Of a DNA stretch of 64,000 nt, positions 9,072 through 18,654 are shown in pieces. This stretch comes from an uncultured Clostridium sp. (GTDB lineage: Bacteria > Bacillota > Clostridia > Lachnospirales > Lachnospiraceae): positions 5,189 through 69,188 of the forward strand of contig USJW01000003.1 of NCBI GenBank assembly GCA_900555045.1, written 5' to 3'. Both the position numbers and the translations under genes were made by a program. Every line of letters starts with the position of its first letter. The stretch's first letter is position 1. The notes beneath the pieces are model-generated. The model did not search any database, was not told the DNA's origin, and was given only the letters and a program-made list of their open reading frames with translations.

Positions 9072-9839
9072 TCACTCGCCGTCCCCGAACGCGCCTGCGC
9101 TCTCCAGAATCTCAAGAATCGCCCGGTTGCAGCGGTCGCTCAAAGCCACGCTGGCTTCCTCCTCCATGCGCTCCGGGTCCTCCCCGCACACGTCCCAGCC
9201 GATCACCCGGCGCCCGCTTGCGGCCCGCTTGATGACCACAGAAAGAGTCTCAAGGGACATCTCCCCCTGGTCCCAGTTGGTGGACGCCTCCCGGCAGGAC
9301 AGAACATCCTTGTCGATGGATATGTACAGCGGGAGGGGGGATTTTTGGAGTTCCTTCCCTCCCAGAATCTCTTCCCTGCTCACCCAGGTCAGTCGCTCTC
9401 CCAAGCTCCCGGCAGAAACCTCCTCGAACGCCCGCGCGGGCGGCCCGATGAGCGTCACCCGCCGAAGGAGGCTGTTTTCCTCCAGGGCCGCCTGCACCCA
9501 TCCCCCGCAGGAGAGAATGTCCCCGAACATCGGGGGCTGCATGTCCGTGTGGTTGTCGAACACCAGCAGCTCAAAGGGCTCCCGGATCATGTCCGTCCAG
9601 AGCTTGCTCAGATAGTGGTAATTTCCGGAGTCCAGAAAATGGATCCCCTCCGGCCCCAGCGCCCCGATCCGGCCTTTGATCTCCCGCTCCGCCTCCGGGT
9701 CACAGTAGCAGTTGGTCCCGGGGATATCGCTGCAGTCTAACCAAGCTGCCTCCCTGCCCTCATAAAAACTCTGACGCCCGTAAACTCCGGAAAAATTCAT
9801 CACGGTCAGCCTTCCCCGGCTGGACATTTTACTCCCCAT
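9072..9839 (-). CDS. Arginase-fold metal-dependent hydrolase
   Basis: DSGNYHY, FDNHTD, YISIDKDVL, WDQG and DVCGE motifs. Start is uncertain. Confidence 0.75.
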   Translation of the reverse strand: MGSKMSSRGRLTVMNFSGVYGRQSFYEGREAAWLDCSDIPGTNCYCDPEAEREIKGRIGALGPEGIHFLDSGNYHYLSKLWTDMIREPFELLVFDNHTDMQPPMFGDILSCGGWVQAALEENSLLRRVTLIGPPARAFEEVSAGSLGERLTWVSREEILGGKELQKSPLPLYISIDKDVLSCREASTNWDQGEMSLETLSVVIKRAASGRRVIGWDVCGEDPERMEEEASVALSDRCNRAILEILESAGAFGDGE

Positions 9840-9877
9840 ATTCAAACGCCTCCGCACCTGACAATTTTTATTTATAT

Positions 9878-9923
9878 AATAATAGTAATTATTATTGATT
9901 TATTCGGATCTGTATGATATACT
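9878..9923 (+). promoter_or_regulatory. sigmaA promoter with overlapping Fur/PerR-like box
   Basis: TTGATT(9895)-N17-TATACT(9918) with an extended TG. AATAATAGTAATTATTATT (9878-9896) matches the 19-bp Fur consensus at 14/19 positions. Confidence 0.6.
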
Positions 9924-10009
9924 CCTACTATAGTACATAATATATCATAAGAGCTGCTTTAACTGCAATGCAAACAATCCGCCACCATTTGAAGGAAGGG
10001 AGTTACTCT

Positions 10010-10639
10010 ATGGATCCAAAAGCATTTTTTAAACTGAGCTACGGGGTTTACATCATCTCCACCAGCGCCGACGGCAAAGACGCGGGCTGCGTGATCAACA
10101 CGCTGACCCAGGTCACCTCCGAACCCGCCCGCCTGTCCATCGCTTTAAATAAGAACAACGAGACACTTCGCCTGATCGAATGTTCCGGTACCTTCTCCGC
10201 CGCGGTCTTGGCCGACGACGTGAGCATGGACTTAATCAAGCGGTTCGGCTTTCAGAGCAGCCGCGACGTCCGGAAATTCGACGGCATCCCCCAGGGCCGG
10301 GACGGCTTAAACAATCCGTACCCCACCGAGGGCGTGTGCGCCCGCTTCTCCTGCCGTGTGATCTCCACCCTGGACGTGGGGACCCACGTGATCGTTGTGG
10401 GCGAGGTGGAGGAGGCCGAGGCTCTGGACATGAACGCCCCCTCGCTCACCTATGCCAACTACCATCACAAGAAAAACGGCGCTACGCCGCCAAACGCCCC
10501 CTCCTACCAGAAGGACGCCGGCAAGGTGGTGGGCTACCGCTGCACCGTCTGCGGTTATATCCTGGAATCCGACACCCTGCCGCCCGATTTTATCTGCCCG
10601 GTCTGCGGCAAGGATGCCAGCTACTTCGAAAAGCTTTAA
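10010..10639 (+). CDS. Flavin reductase-rubredoxin fusion (high-molecular-weight rubredoxin type)
   Basis: LSYGVYII, FGFQSSR...KF, GTH, and C-terminal YRCTVCGY...CPVCG. RBS gaagggag. Confidence 0.88.
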   Translation: MDPKAFFKLSYGVYIISTSADGKDAGCVINTLTQVTSEPARLSIALNKNNETLRLIECSGTFSAAVLADDVSMDLIKRFGFQSSRDVRKFDGIPQGRDGLNNPYPTEGVCARFSCRVISTLDVGTHVIVVGEVEEAEALDMNAPSLTYANYHHKKNGATPPNAPSYQKDAGKVVGYRCTVCGYILESDTLPPDFICPVCGKDASYFEKL

Positions 10640-10655
10640 CCTGCCAACCCATTTC

Positions 10656-10700
10656 ACCGGCCGCCCTCCCGCTTTTTACGGCGGCGGCCGGTCTCCTTTT
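10656..10700 (+). terminator. Intrinsic terminator
   Basis: Stem accggccgcc / ggcggccggt followed by ctcctttt. Confidence 0.6.
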
Positions 10701-10730
10701 CAAACGCGAAAAATAACCTTATCTACATTC

Positions 10731-10780
10731 AAACAGGCGGCAGTGCCCACGTTCGGGCATCTGCCGCCTGTTCTTTTTAT
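10731..10780. terminator. Terminator hairpin between convergent genes
   Basis: aacaggcggcagtgccc / gggcatctgccgcctgtt followed by a T-run. Confidence 0.7.
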
Positions 10781-10799
10781 TATTCTGCGCGCCGCACGC

Positions 10800-11483
10800 T
10801 CATTTCCTGTCGTTGGTTGCGTCCCCGTTCCCGCTCACCGGGATCGCGTCGCCGAGGTACGTGGGCTTCGGCTTCGCGATGGTGTACAGAAAGTCCTTGG
10901 CCCGCGCCAGCATCTCCCTGGCGCCCCGGATCTTCTGCCCGCCGTACCTCCTGGGATCCGACGGTACCCCGTAGGCGTCGAGCCCCAGTCTCCCGGCGTC
11001 GTACAGCGCCCGGTACATGTGGTAGTTCTGGGTGACCACCACTATCTTCTTCGCCTGGAAGATGTCCCTCGCCCGGTACATGCTCTCGTAGGTGGAGAAG
11101 CCCGCGTGGTCCATGAACACCGCCTCCGACGGCACGCCGCGGTCGATGGCAAACTGCTTCATCAGATTCACCTCGTCGTAGTCCACCCGGCCGTGGTCCC
11201 CGCTCATGAGGATCCGGTCCGACACCCCGGCCTCGTACAGCGCGATCCCCTGAAGCAGCCGGTCGTTTAACATTCCCGACGGTTTTCCGTTCGCCCGGAC
11301 GCCGCAGCCCAAAATCAGGATGCAGTCCACGCCCTCCAGCTCCTTCGCCCCCTCCGGGGAGAGAATCCGCTTTTTCACGCTCCCGCACATGTACCAGTTG
11401 ATGCCGATCAGCACGCACACACCGGCCAGGATTGCGCACAGCGCCCGTTTTCCCCATTTTTTCAGCAAGCCACGTCTGTCCAT
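10800..11483 (-). CDS. SanA/YdcF/ElyC (DUF218) family membrane protein
   Basis: N-terminal TM; LILGCG, MSGD, DHAGFSTYES, VTQNYH..RA and REMLA motifs. Confidence 0.88.
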   Translation of the reverse strand: MDRRGLLKKWGKRALCAILAGVCVLIGINWYMCGSVKKRILSPEGAKELEGVDCILILGCGVRANGKPSGMLNDRLLQGIALYEAGVSDRILMSGDHGRVDYDEVNLMKQFAIDRGVPSEAVFMDHAGFSTYESMYRARDIFQAKKIVVVTQNYHMYRALYDAGRLGLDAYGVPSDPRRYGGQKIRGAREMLARAKDFLYTIAKPKPTYLGDAIPVSGNGDATNDRK

Positions 11484-11557
11484 CCGCCAAACTTCCTTTC
11501 CCAAAGCTTCTCTATCGTCAAGCCCCGCGGGGCCTCAAAAACCGGTCACACAGCCAG

Positions 11558-11602
11558 AAGGGCCGCAGCCCTTACCAAAAACTGTAAGCTGCTGCGGCCC
11601 TT
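11558..11602 (-). terminator. Stem-loop downstream of ridA
   Basis: aagggccgcagc..ttac / gtaa..gctgcggccctt. Confidence 0.55.
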
Positions 11603-11645
11603 GCCTTATACTCATTGTCTCACGCACATCTGCGGACGCGGGGGA

Positions 11646-12014
11646 TTACTTTACAGCAATCGCCTCGATCTCGCACAGAACGCCCTTCGGAAGTGTCTTC
11701 ACAGCCACACAGCTTCTGGCGGGCTTGGAGGTGAAGTACTTTGCGTACACTTCGTTGAAGGTGCCGAAATCGCCCATGTCAGCTAAGAAGCAGGTGGTCT
11801 TGAATACCTTGTCGTATCCGCTGCCCACAGCCTCAAGGATAGCGCCAACGTTCTTGCAGCTCTGCTCAGCCTGCGCTGCGATTCCCTCCGGAACGGTTCC
11901 GTCCGCCGGATTTACCGGGATCTGGCCGGATGTGAATACAAAGCCGTTTACCTCGTATCCCTGGGAATACGGTCCAATTGCACCGGGTGCTTTTTCTGTA
12001 CTGATTACGTTCAT
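11646..12014 (-). CDS. ridA: RidA/YjgF enamine-imine deaminase
   Basis: APGAIGPYSQ, SGQIP, PARSCV and EIEAIA; strong RBS taaggaggag. Confidence 0.93.
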   Translation of the reverse strand: MNVISTEKAPGAIGPYSQGYEVNGFVFTSGQIPVNPADGTVPEGIAAQAEQSCKNVGAILEAVGSGYDKVFKTTCFLADMGDFGTFNEVYAKYFTSKPARSCVAVKTLPKGVLCEIEAIAVK

Positions 12015-12126
12015 TTTAGTCTCCTCCTTATGGTTTTCTTGCAGGGCGCGTTGTCTCCCTGCCTGTTTTTTAACTCGAAACGCGAACTTATTCGAATACT
12101 CGAACCCCACCAGTTATTATAAATGA

Positions 12127-13338
12127 TTATTTCAGATGTTGCAACAGGTAATCGCGGGTATTGCGGGAGGGTTCCTCCAGAACCAGCTCCAGCAGTGCGG
12201 CCAGCGTCTCGCCCACCGCCTTCCCCGGCTTCACCCCCGCGTCCATCACGTCGCGACCCGTCACGGCCAGGCCCCGAAGGCTTAAGCAGTCCCCGTCCCG
12301 GCGGATCTCGCCGGTCAGCGCCCGGATCCGGGCCAGCTCTTCCCCGGTCTCAAGGGTTCCGAGGCCCAGAAGGCACTCCTTAAGCATGATCAGGTCGTCG
12401 AAGAGCTCCGGCTCCACCTGGCTCATGACCCGGCGCAGCGCGGGCTTTTCCGGCACCAGCCGCTTCCCCAGCCAATGAGTCAGCGTCCGCACCCGAAAGA
12501 TGGTGTCGTTGTCCAGCTTTAAATCCTTTAGCACCGTCACCGCCTGCTCCGGCGACCCGCCCCTCAGGAATGCGGAAAGGCGCAGGTGCTTTTTGGGCGG
12601 AATCTCTGCCGGCACGGCGGGCAGTGCGTCCGCGCTCCCCCCGTACATCCGGTGAAAGGTCTCCGACACATACGCGCTGATCCCCGTCTCATAGACCATG
12701 GCGATCCGTTCCGGGTGGCCGCTGCAGAGAAGCTTTGTCAGCTCCACCTGGACCCGCTCCCTGCTGACCTTCGCCAGGTTGGGCCCGATGGCCCGGATGG
12801 CCTCGTAGGTCCGCTCCTCGATGGCAAAGCCCAGCTGGGCGGAGAACCGGATGGCCCTAAGAATCCGCAGCGCGTCCTCCGTGAACCGGTCCATGGGCTC
12901 CCCCACGCACCGCACGATGCCGCGCTTTAAATCCTCCACGCCGCCGAACTGGTCCACAAACCCGGTGGCCCCGTTGTAGGCCATGGCGTTGATGGTGAAG
13001 TCCCGGCGCTTTAAGTCCTCGGTCAGGTTCGGCGTGAACGCCACCGTGCTGGGATGGCGGCCGTCCCGGTACTCCCCGTCGATGCGGTAGGTAGTCACCT
13101 CGTAGCCGGTCTTGTCCACCATCACCGTCACGGTCCCGTGCTGGATTCCCGTGTCGATGGTCCGCTTAAAGATCGCCTTCACCTGCTCCGGCAGGGCGCT
13201 GGTGGTGATATCCCAGTCCTCCGGCTCCCGTCCCAAGAGCATGTCCCGGACGCAGCCGCCCACAATGTACGCCTCGTACCCGTGTTCATTCAGTTGTCCG
13301 ATAATCCGCTCCACAGGAGCCGGAACTCTGATCTCCAT
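12127..13338 (-). CDS. cca: CCA-adding tRNA nucleotidyltransferase
   Basis: VGGCVRD, DWDITT, EVTTYR, RRDFTINA and EDALRILR. The ATG overlaps the proS stop (TAATG). Confidence 0.93.
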   Translation of the reverse strand: MEIRVPAPVERIIGQLNEHGYEAYIVGGCVRDMLLGREPEDWDITTSALPEQVKAIFKRTIDTGIQHGTVTVMVDKTGYEVTTYRIDGEYRDGRHPSTVAFTPNLTEDLKRRDFTINAMAYNGATGFVDQFGGVEDLKRGIVRCVGEPMDRFTEDALRILRAIRFSAQLGFAIEERTYEAIRAIGPNLAKVSRERVQVELTKLLCSGHPERIAMVYETGISAYVSETFHRMYGGSADALPAVPAEIPPKKHLRLSAFLRGGSPEQAVTVLKDLKLDNDTIFRVRTLTHWLGKRLVPEKPALRRVMSQVEPELFDDLIMLKECLLGLGTLETGEELARIRALTGEIRRDGDCLSLRGLAVTGRDVMDAGVKPGKAVGETLAALLELVLEEPSRNTRDYLLQHLK

Positions 13339-14777
13339 TAATATGCACGTCCCCAGTAAACCATCTTCTTGGCCGGCTTTCCACAGCAGATGCAGTGGTC
13401 GGACAGGTTCTCCTGCGCAAAGGGCATGCAGCGGGAGGTGGCGGCGGTGGCTTCCTTGATCTTGTCCTCGCACTCCTGGCAGCCGCACCACATAGCCTTC
13501 ACAAAGCCCGGCTTGTTGTTGATTGTATCCACAAACTCATCCCACTCAGTGGCCACGTAGGTGTGGGCATCCCGGTGAGCTCTCGCCTTCTCAAGCATCG
13601 CGTGCTGGATGGTGTCTAACATCTCGGAGACCTTGCTCTCCAGCTCGTCTAAGGAGACAAAGGTCTTCTCGTGGTTGTCGCGGCGCACCAGAACGGCCTG
13701 GTTCTTCTCCATATCCTTGGGGCCAATCTCCACGCGCAGCGGAATTCCGCGCATCTCGCAGTCCGCGAACTTCCAGCCCGGGCTCTTCTCGGAGTCGTCC
13801 ACCTTCACGGAGAATCCCGCCTTTGTCAGGCGCTCCTTAAGCTCGAAGGCCTTGTCTAAAACGCCCTCCTTCTGCTGCTGAACCGGAACCACCATCACCT
13901 GAACCGGCGCAATCCTCGGCGGCAGCACCAGCCCGTTGTCGTCGCCGTGAACCATGATGATGGCGCCGATCATGCGGGTGGTCATTCCCCAGGAGGTCTG
14001 GTGCACGTATTTTAACGTGTTGTCCTTGTCCGTGAACTGGATGTCAAAGGCCTTCGCAAAGCCGTCGCCGAAGTTGTGGCTGGTGCCGGACTGCAGCGCC
14101 TTGCCGTCGTGCATCAGGGACTCGATGGTGTAGGTGGCCTCCGCGCCCGCGAACTTCTCCTTGTCGGTCTTCTGTCCGCGCACAACCGGGATCGCCAGAA
14201 CCTCCTCGCAGAAGTCGGCGTACAGGTTTAACATCTGGATGGTGCGCTCCTCGGCCTCCTCAGCGGTGGCGTGGGCGGTGTGGCCCTCCTGCCACAGGAA
14301 CTCTCTGGAGCGCAGGAACGGACGGGTGGTCTTCTCCCAGCGCACCACGGAGCACCACTGGTTGTACACGCGGGGCAGATCGCGGTAGGAGTGGATGTCC
14401 TTGGCGTAGAAGTCACAGAACAGCGTCTCGGAGGTGGGGCGCACGCACATGCGCTCCTGCAGCGGCTCCAGACCGCCGTGGGTCACCCAGGCAACCTCCG
14501 GGGCAAAGCCCTCCACGTGGTCCTTCTCCTTCTCAAGTAAGCTCTCCGGGATGAAGATGGGCATGTACACGTTCTGCACGCCCGTCTCCTTGAACCGGCG
14601 GTCAAGCTCCTTCTGGATGTTCTCCCAGATCGCGTAGCCCGCGGGCTTGATCACCATGCAGCCCTTCACGCTGGCGTAGTCGCACAGCTCCGCCTTCTTC
14701 ACCACATCCGTGTACCACTGGGCGAAATCCACATCCATGGATGTGATGGCTTCCACCATTTTCTTGTCGTTTGCCAT
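13338..14777 (-). CDS. proS: Proline--tRNA ligase (archaeal/eukaryote-like type)
   Basis: [33 protein letters not shown] and C-terminal GRAY. Confidence 0.96.
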   Translation of the reverse strand: MANDKKMVEAITSMDVDFAQWYTDVVKKAELCDYASVKGCMVIKPAGYAIWENIQKELDRRFKETGVQNVYMPIFIPESLLEKEKDHVEGFAPEVAWVTHGGLEPLQERMCVRPTSETLFCDFYAKDIHSYRDLPRVYNQWCSVVRWEKTTRPFLRSREFLWQEGHTAHATAEEAEERTIQMLNLYADFCEEVLAIPVVRGQKTDKEKFAGAEATYTIESLMHDGKALQSGTSHNFGDGFAKAFDIQFTDKDNTLKYVHQTSWGMTTRMIGAIIMVHGDDNGLVLPPRIAPVQVMVVPVQQQKEGVLDKAFELKERLTKAGFSVKVDDSEKSPGWKFADCEMRGIPLRVEIGPKDMEKNQAVLVRRDNHEKTFVSLDELESKVSEMLDTIQHAMLEKARAHRDAHTYVATEWDEFVDTINNKPGFVKAMWCGCQECEDKIKEATAATSRCMPFAQENLSDHCICCGKPAKKMVYWGRAY

Positions 14778-14890
14778 GATTTTGTTCTCCTTCTATGCTT
14801 AATAATTACAATTTCCTGAACCGCCGCGCGGGAGCGCCGCCCACAACCGGCAACCGCCGGATGGCCGCGCCACGGCCCGGCTCAAACCAT

Positions 14891-15130
14891 CAAAAAAAGC
14901 CATCCGCCCCGCGTGTCGGTTCAACAACACAAGGGACCGAATGACTCGGCGGTACCACCCAAGTTAGCGTTCCTCGCGGAACACTCTCTCATTCTCCGTT
15001 AACGCCGGATCTACGTTGCATTCATCATACAAAGCTCCGGGGCCGGTTCAACTTCCGCTAAACGTGGAACCTCTCACCACCGGTCCCTCTCTGTAACGCG
15101 CGTCCGCTTACTATTCCCGTTCACAGCCAA
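14891..15130 (-). promoter_or_regulatory. T-box riboswitch with Pro (CCG) specifier
   Basis: Minus strand: AGAGA and GGTGA stem I boxes; GAA-CCG-G specifier (CCG at 15046-15044); T-box AACTTGGGTGGTACCGCCG (about 14965-14947); then a hairpin plus TTTTTTT terminator. Confidence 0.92.
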
Positions 15131-15155
15131 TTGCTATTTTCACATTCGTGACTCG

Positions 15156-15184
15156 ATTTTACGCCACTTTCGGGCTTTTGTCAA
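15156..15184 (-). promoter_or_regulatory. sigmaA promoter of the T-box-proS-cca unit
   Basis: TTGACA-N17-TAAAAT. The -35 overlaps the stop codon of the upstream kinase gene. Confidence 0.85.
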
Positions 15185-16254
15185 TGGCTAAGTTCCAAAT
15201 CCTTGGCCCGCCAAAGCACCCCGTTCCACTGTTCCTCCGAAAGCTCCCCGGGCTTTTTTGCGTGCAGCAGCGGATGGAGATGGAGGTCGACCTGCTCCCT
15301 CGCCTTTAAAGCCGCCTCCCGCAGCGTCTCCTTCCCCTCCGACGTCTGCGACGGTATATCCTGTTCATTGGAAAACGCGTGGTCATGATCCATCAGGGGG
15401 TACAGGTGCAGCAGCGCTCCGGTCCCGTTGTCCATAAAGAATCCAAAATTGGCCCCGTGCCTGTCCTCGTTCCCGAGGATATAATCAGCCACCTGCATCT
15501 CACAGTAGGCCTTCCTATCGTTCGCCTTTACATACTCAAATTCGTCCAGATCATGGTAGGCACAGTAAACCTGGAAATCTTCCCACGGCAAAATAGCGGT
15601 TTCTTCCGATGTGATAATTTTACAGCGGACGATCTCCTCATTTTGATCCCTGATTTTATCAATATGCCTCTGATCCGCCAACTCATGCAGCCTGTCCGCA
15701 TCTGCCTTTGTGTATCGGACGTGGGGGATCCCAAGAATATCCAGGATATAGCTCGCCGCCAGTTCTTTTTTCCCAATTTTATACAAATATAGTCCATCTT
15801 TCTCGCGTATCCACGCCTTTGCAGCCATCCCCTGGGCCGTAAGCTCCGGCGTATGGATTTTCTGCGCCAGCGGGAACGACGGATTGACTCCCAGGAGCGC
15901 CGAGGCGGAGACCGTCTTCTCAAGCGGGTTTGCAAACAGATTGATGTCCTCCCAGCCGATCTCCTCCCCCTCCTCCTTCATCCAATAGCAGTCTGTGAGG
16001 GAGGCAAAATGAAACATTTTTGCAATCAGATACGGGTTGCTCTGTCTGATTCCGAATCCTGCCAGAAGCTTCTTCGCGTTTGTCTTCCCGATACTCATCG
16101 TTCGGTTCTCCGTCCACCCGTGCATCACATCGTCGAACGACACCGCCTCATAGCGCAGCGAGACCGGCAGGCGGTCATAATCCAGCACACGGCAGGTATA
16201 GTTTTCTATTTCAAGCACCGGCTTGTCCTTCAACATAATATACGTCTTGTCCAC
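15181..16254 (-). CDS. HipA-like / PI3-4-kinase-fold Ser/Thr kinase, no adjacent antitoxin
   Basis: P-loop-like TAQGMAAKAW, LYK, catalytic DYILGNEDRHGANFG and PLMDHDH. GTG start with RBS ggaggg. Visibly more AT-rich than neighbours. Confidence 0.75.
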   Translation of the reverse strand: MDKTYIMLKDKPVLEIENYTCRVLDYDRLPVSLRYEAVSFDDVMHGWTENRTMSIGKTNAKKLLAGFGIRQSNPYLIAKMFHFASLTDCYWMKEEGEEIGWEDINLFANPLEKTVSASALLGVNPSFPLAQKIHTPELTAQGMAAKAWIREKDGLYLYKIGKKELAASYILDILGIPHVRYTKADADRLHELADQRHIDKIRDQNEEIVRCKIITSEETAILPWEDFQVYCAYHDLDEFEYVKANDRKAYCEMQVADYILGNEDRHGANFGFFMDNGTGALLHLYPLMDHDHAFSNEQDIPSQTSEGKETLREAALKAREQVDLHLHPLLHAKKPGELSEEQWNGVLWRAKDLELSH

Positions 16255-16372
16255 TTAGTCCCTCCCAAATGAGTTCTTAATACATTATATTATAAATGCG
16301 AAGCGAATACTACTTTTTTAATTGTATTACCGCAAAATCTCCCCAGCGCATGCAGATGGCCGCCAAAGCGCG

Positions 16373-16416
16373 AAAAAAAACGCCCGGGCCTGGGATATCA
16401 CTCCCCGGCCCGGACG
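16373..16416 (-). terminator. Terminator of the PTS-peptidase operon
   Basis: Stem ccgggcc / ggcccgg with A8 at 16373-16380 (U-tract on the minus strand). Confidence 0.7.
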
Positions 16417-16426
16417 GCCCAACGCA

Positions 16427-17599
16427 TCACAGCGTGTCAATCGCCCGCTTCATCCGCTCCATGCCCTCCCGCAGCTTCTCTCTGGGACATCCCAGGTTCA
16501 TCCGCAGGTAATTCTCTTCCCCGTAGGTCCTTCCGGGCATGATTCCCACCTTGCCCACGTGGATCAGCGCGTCCTGGATCCGGTCGCTGTCCGCGCCAAC
16601 CCCGGTCATGTCGATCCAGGCCAGGTAGGTGGACTCCGGCATCTCAAACCGCACGCCCTTTCCCGCCAGCTCTGTCTTCACGAACGCCTCCAGCTCCCGC
16701 ATGTTCCCGCGGATGTAATCGCACAGCTGGTCCACGTAGTCCAGGCACTCCCCGTAGCTCGTCATCAGGGCATGCATGCCCATGAGGCTGACGGAATTTA
16801 AGAAATCACGGTTGCGCATCCGGGACACGAACGCCTCGCGTATCTCTTTATCCGGAATCACGCAGTAGGAGCCGATCAGCCCCGGCGTGTTGAAGGTCTT
16901 GCTGGAGGAGCTGACCAGGTACACCTTGTCGTACCGGTCCGCGTACTTAAGGATGGACTGGTGCGGCCGGTCCGTGAGGATCACGTCCGAGTGGATCTCG
17001 TCGGAGATCACAGGCACCTCATACCGCCTGCACAGCTCCACCATCCGGTCCATCTCCTGCTCCGTCCAGACCCGCCCCGTGGGGTTGTGGGGGCTGCACA
17101 GGAGGAATACGTCACAATGCTTCACCAGCTCCTCAAACCGCTCAAAATCGATCTCATACCGGCCGTCCCTCACCTCCAGGTGAAGGGGCACCAGCTCCCG
17201 CTTGTTGTCCCCGATCACGTGGTAAAACGCGTCGTACATGGGCTCAAACACCAGCACCCGGTCCCCGTCCCGGCCAAGGAGCCGAAACAGCACCGCCACC
17301 GAGTACATCACAGACGGGCTGTAGATTACCCAGTCCCGCTCGACTGCAGCGCCGTGGCGGGCCGCAAAATACTCCGCCACCGCGCCCTTAAAGGCGTCAT
17401 GGTTCCAGCGGCTGTAGCCGTAGATCCCGTGCTCCACCACCTCCGAGAGCTTCCGCCGCACCGGCTCCGGCGCCATAAAATCCGTGTCCGAGATGGAGAA
17501 CGGCAGCAGATCCCGCTCCCCGAACCGGTCCTGGATATAATCCCACTGGGTGCAGAAGGTTCCATGCCGGTCAATCACTTCGTCAAAATTATAATTCAT
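16427..17599 (-). CDS. PatB/MalY-family PLP-dependent C-S lyase
   Basis: HGIYGY, LCSPHNPTGRVW, ISDEIH, SSSKTFN and TYLAWID. Confidence 0.9.
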   Translation of the reverse strand: MNYNFDEVIDRHGTFCTQWDYIQDRFGERDLLPFSISDTDFMAPEPVRRKLSEVVEHGIYGYSRWNHDAFKGAVAEYFAARHGAAVERDWVIYSPSVMYSVAVLFRLLGRDGDRVLVFEPMYDAFYHVIGDNKRELVPLHLEVRDGRYEIDFERFEELVKHCDVFLLCSPHNPTGRVWTEQEMDRMVELCRRYEVPVISDEIHSDVILTDRPHQSILKYADRYDKVYLVSSSSKTFNTPGLIGSYCVIPDKEIREAFVSRMRNRDFLNSVSLMGMHALMTSYGECLDYVDQLCDYIRGNMRELEAFVKTELAGKGVRFEMPESTYLAWIDMTGVGADSDRIQDALIHVGKVGIMPGRTYGEENYLRMNLGCPREKLREGMERMKRAIDTL

Positions 17600-18644
17600 C
17601 GCTCTCCGCCTCAAATCTCATCCGGCCATAGGCCTTCGCGTCTAACTTCGTCAACATGCGCACCAGCAAATCCACCGTCTGCTCCATATCCCGGTAACAG
17701 CCGATGGAGTACGGGGAGTGTCCGTACCGCGTGGGCACGCCCAGCACCAGCGTGGGGTGTCCCTCGCCGTCCTGGTGGAGCACGCCGCCGTCCGTACCAC
17801 CGTTTAAGAACATGTCGTCCTGAACCGGGATTTCAAGCTCGTCCGCGCACTGGCGCGCAAACGCCACCAGCTGCCGGTTGGAAACCACCGTCTTGTCGTA
17901 GTGGACGATCATAGGGCCCTTCCCCAGCTGCCGGTTGTTGGTGTGATCCCGCACAAACTCACTGCCGTTACACGCCACGTCCAACACCAGGCACACATCG
18001 GGCTTCACCACCCGTGCCGCCGTCTTCGCGCCCCTGGTGCCCACCTCCTCGGAGCTGGTGAACGCGTAGCTGATCCGGTTTTGGTGGGAAATTCCCGCCA
18101 GGCGCTTCATCACCTGGCCCAGTACGTAGCACCCCGCCCGGTCGTCCAGCGCCCTGGCGGCAAACCGCCCGTTCTCATACTCCCGAAAACCGGAGGAGAA
18201 GGTGACCATGTCTCCGGGGCGGATTCCCATGGCCGCGATATCCGCCGCGCTGTCCTGCCCCAGGTCCACGTAGAGGCCCACAGCCTCCCGCTTCCCGTTG
18301 TCGTACTCCGCGTTCAGAATTCCCGTGTACGCCCTGCCGTCGGCGGTTGTGACCGTGACCTCCTGCATAAACCGTGAGAAGGTCCGCACGCTGCCCACCG
18401 GCAGCACCATAAGCATCCCCTGGCCGGAGACTGAGCGCACCAGAAATCCCACCTCGTCCATGTGGGCGGCCAGCATAACCGACGGCCCGTCCCCGTCCTG
18501 GGTGAAAATCATGCTTCCCAGCCCGTCAAAGACCGGCTTTCCCGCGTAGAGAGCGCAGTGCCTTCTCAGCACGTCCCGCACCTGCCTCTCGCTCGAGGCC
18601 ACCGCCGGGGCTTCGCACAGTTCCTTCAGAAACTCTCTTTCCAT
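17589..18644 (-). CDS. ypdE: M42 aminopeptidase (YpdE/FrvX-like)
   Basis: AAHMDEVG, ALDDRAG, EEVGTRGA, LDV, GGTDGG and RYGHS. Confidence 0.85.
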   Translation of the reverse strand: MEREFLKELCEAPAVASSERQVRDVLRRHCALYAGKPVFDGLGSMIFTQDGDGPSVMLAAHMDEVGFLVRSVSGQGMLMVLPVGSVRTFSRFMQEVTVTTADGRAYTGILNAEYDNGKREAVGLYVDLGQDSAADIAAMGIRPGDMVTFSSGFREYENGRFAARALDDRAGCYVLGQVMKRLAGISHQNRISYAFTSSEEVGTRGAKTAARVVKPDVCLVLDVACNGSEFVRDHTNNRQLGKGPMIVHYDKTVVSNRQLVAFARQCADELEIPVQDDMFLNGGTDGGVLHQDGEGHPTLVLGVPTRYGHSPYSIGCYRDMEQTVDLLVRMLTKLDAKAYGRMRFEAESDEL

Positions 18645-18654
18645 ATCAGACTCC

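Noticed and set aside
12074..12105. LexA (Cheo) box
   Set aside because: Does not fit CGAAC-N4-GTTCG spacing.
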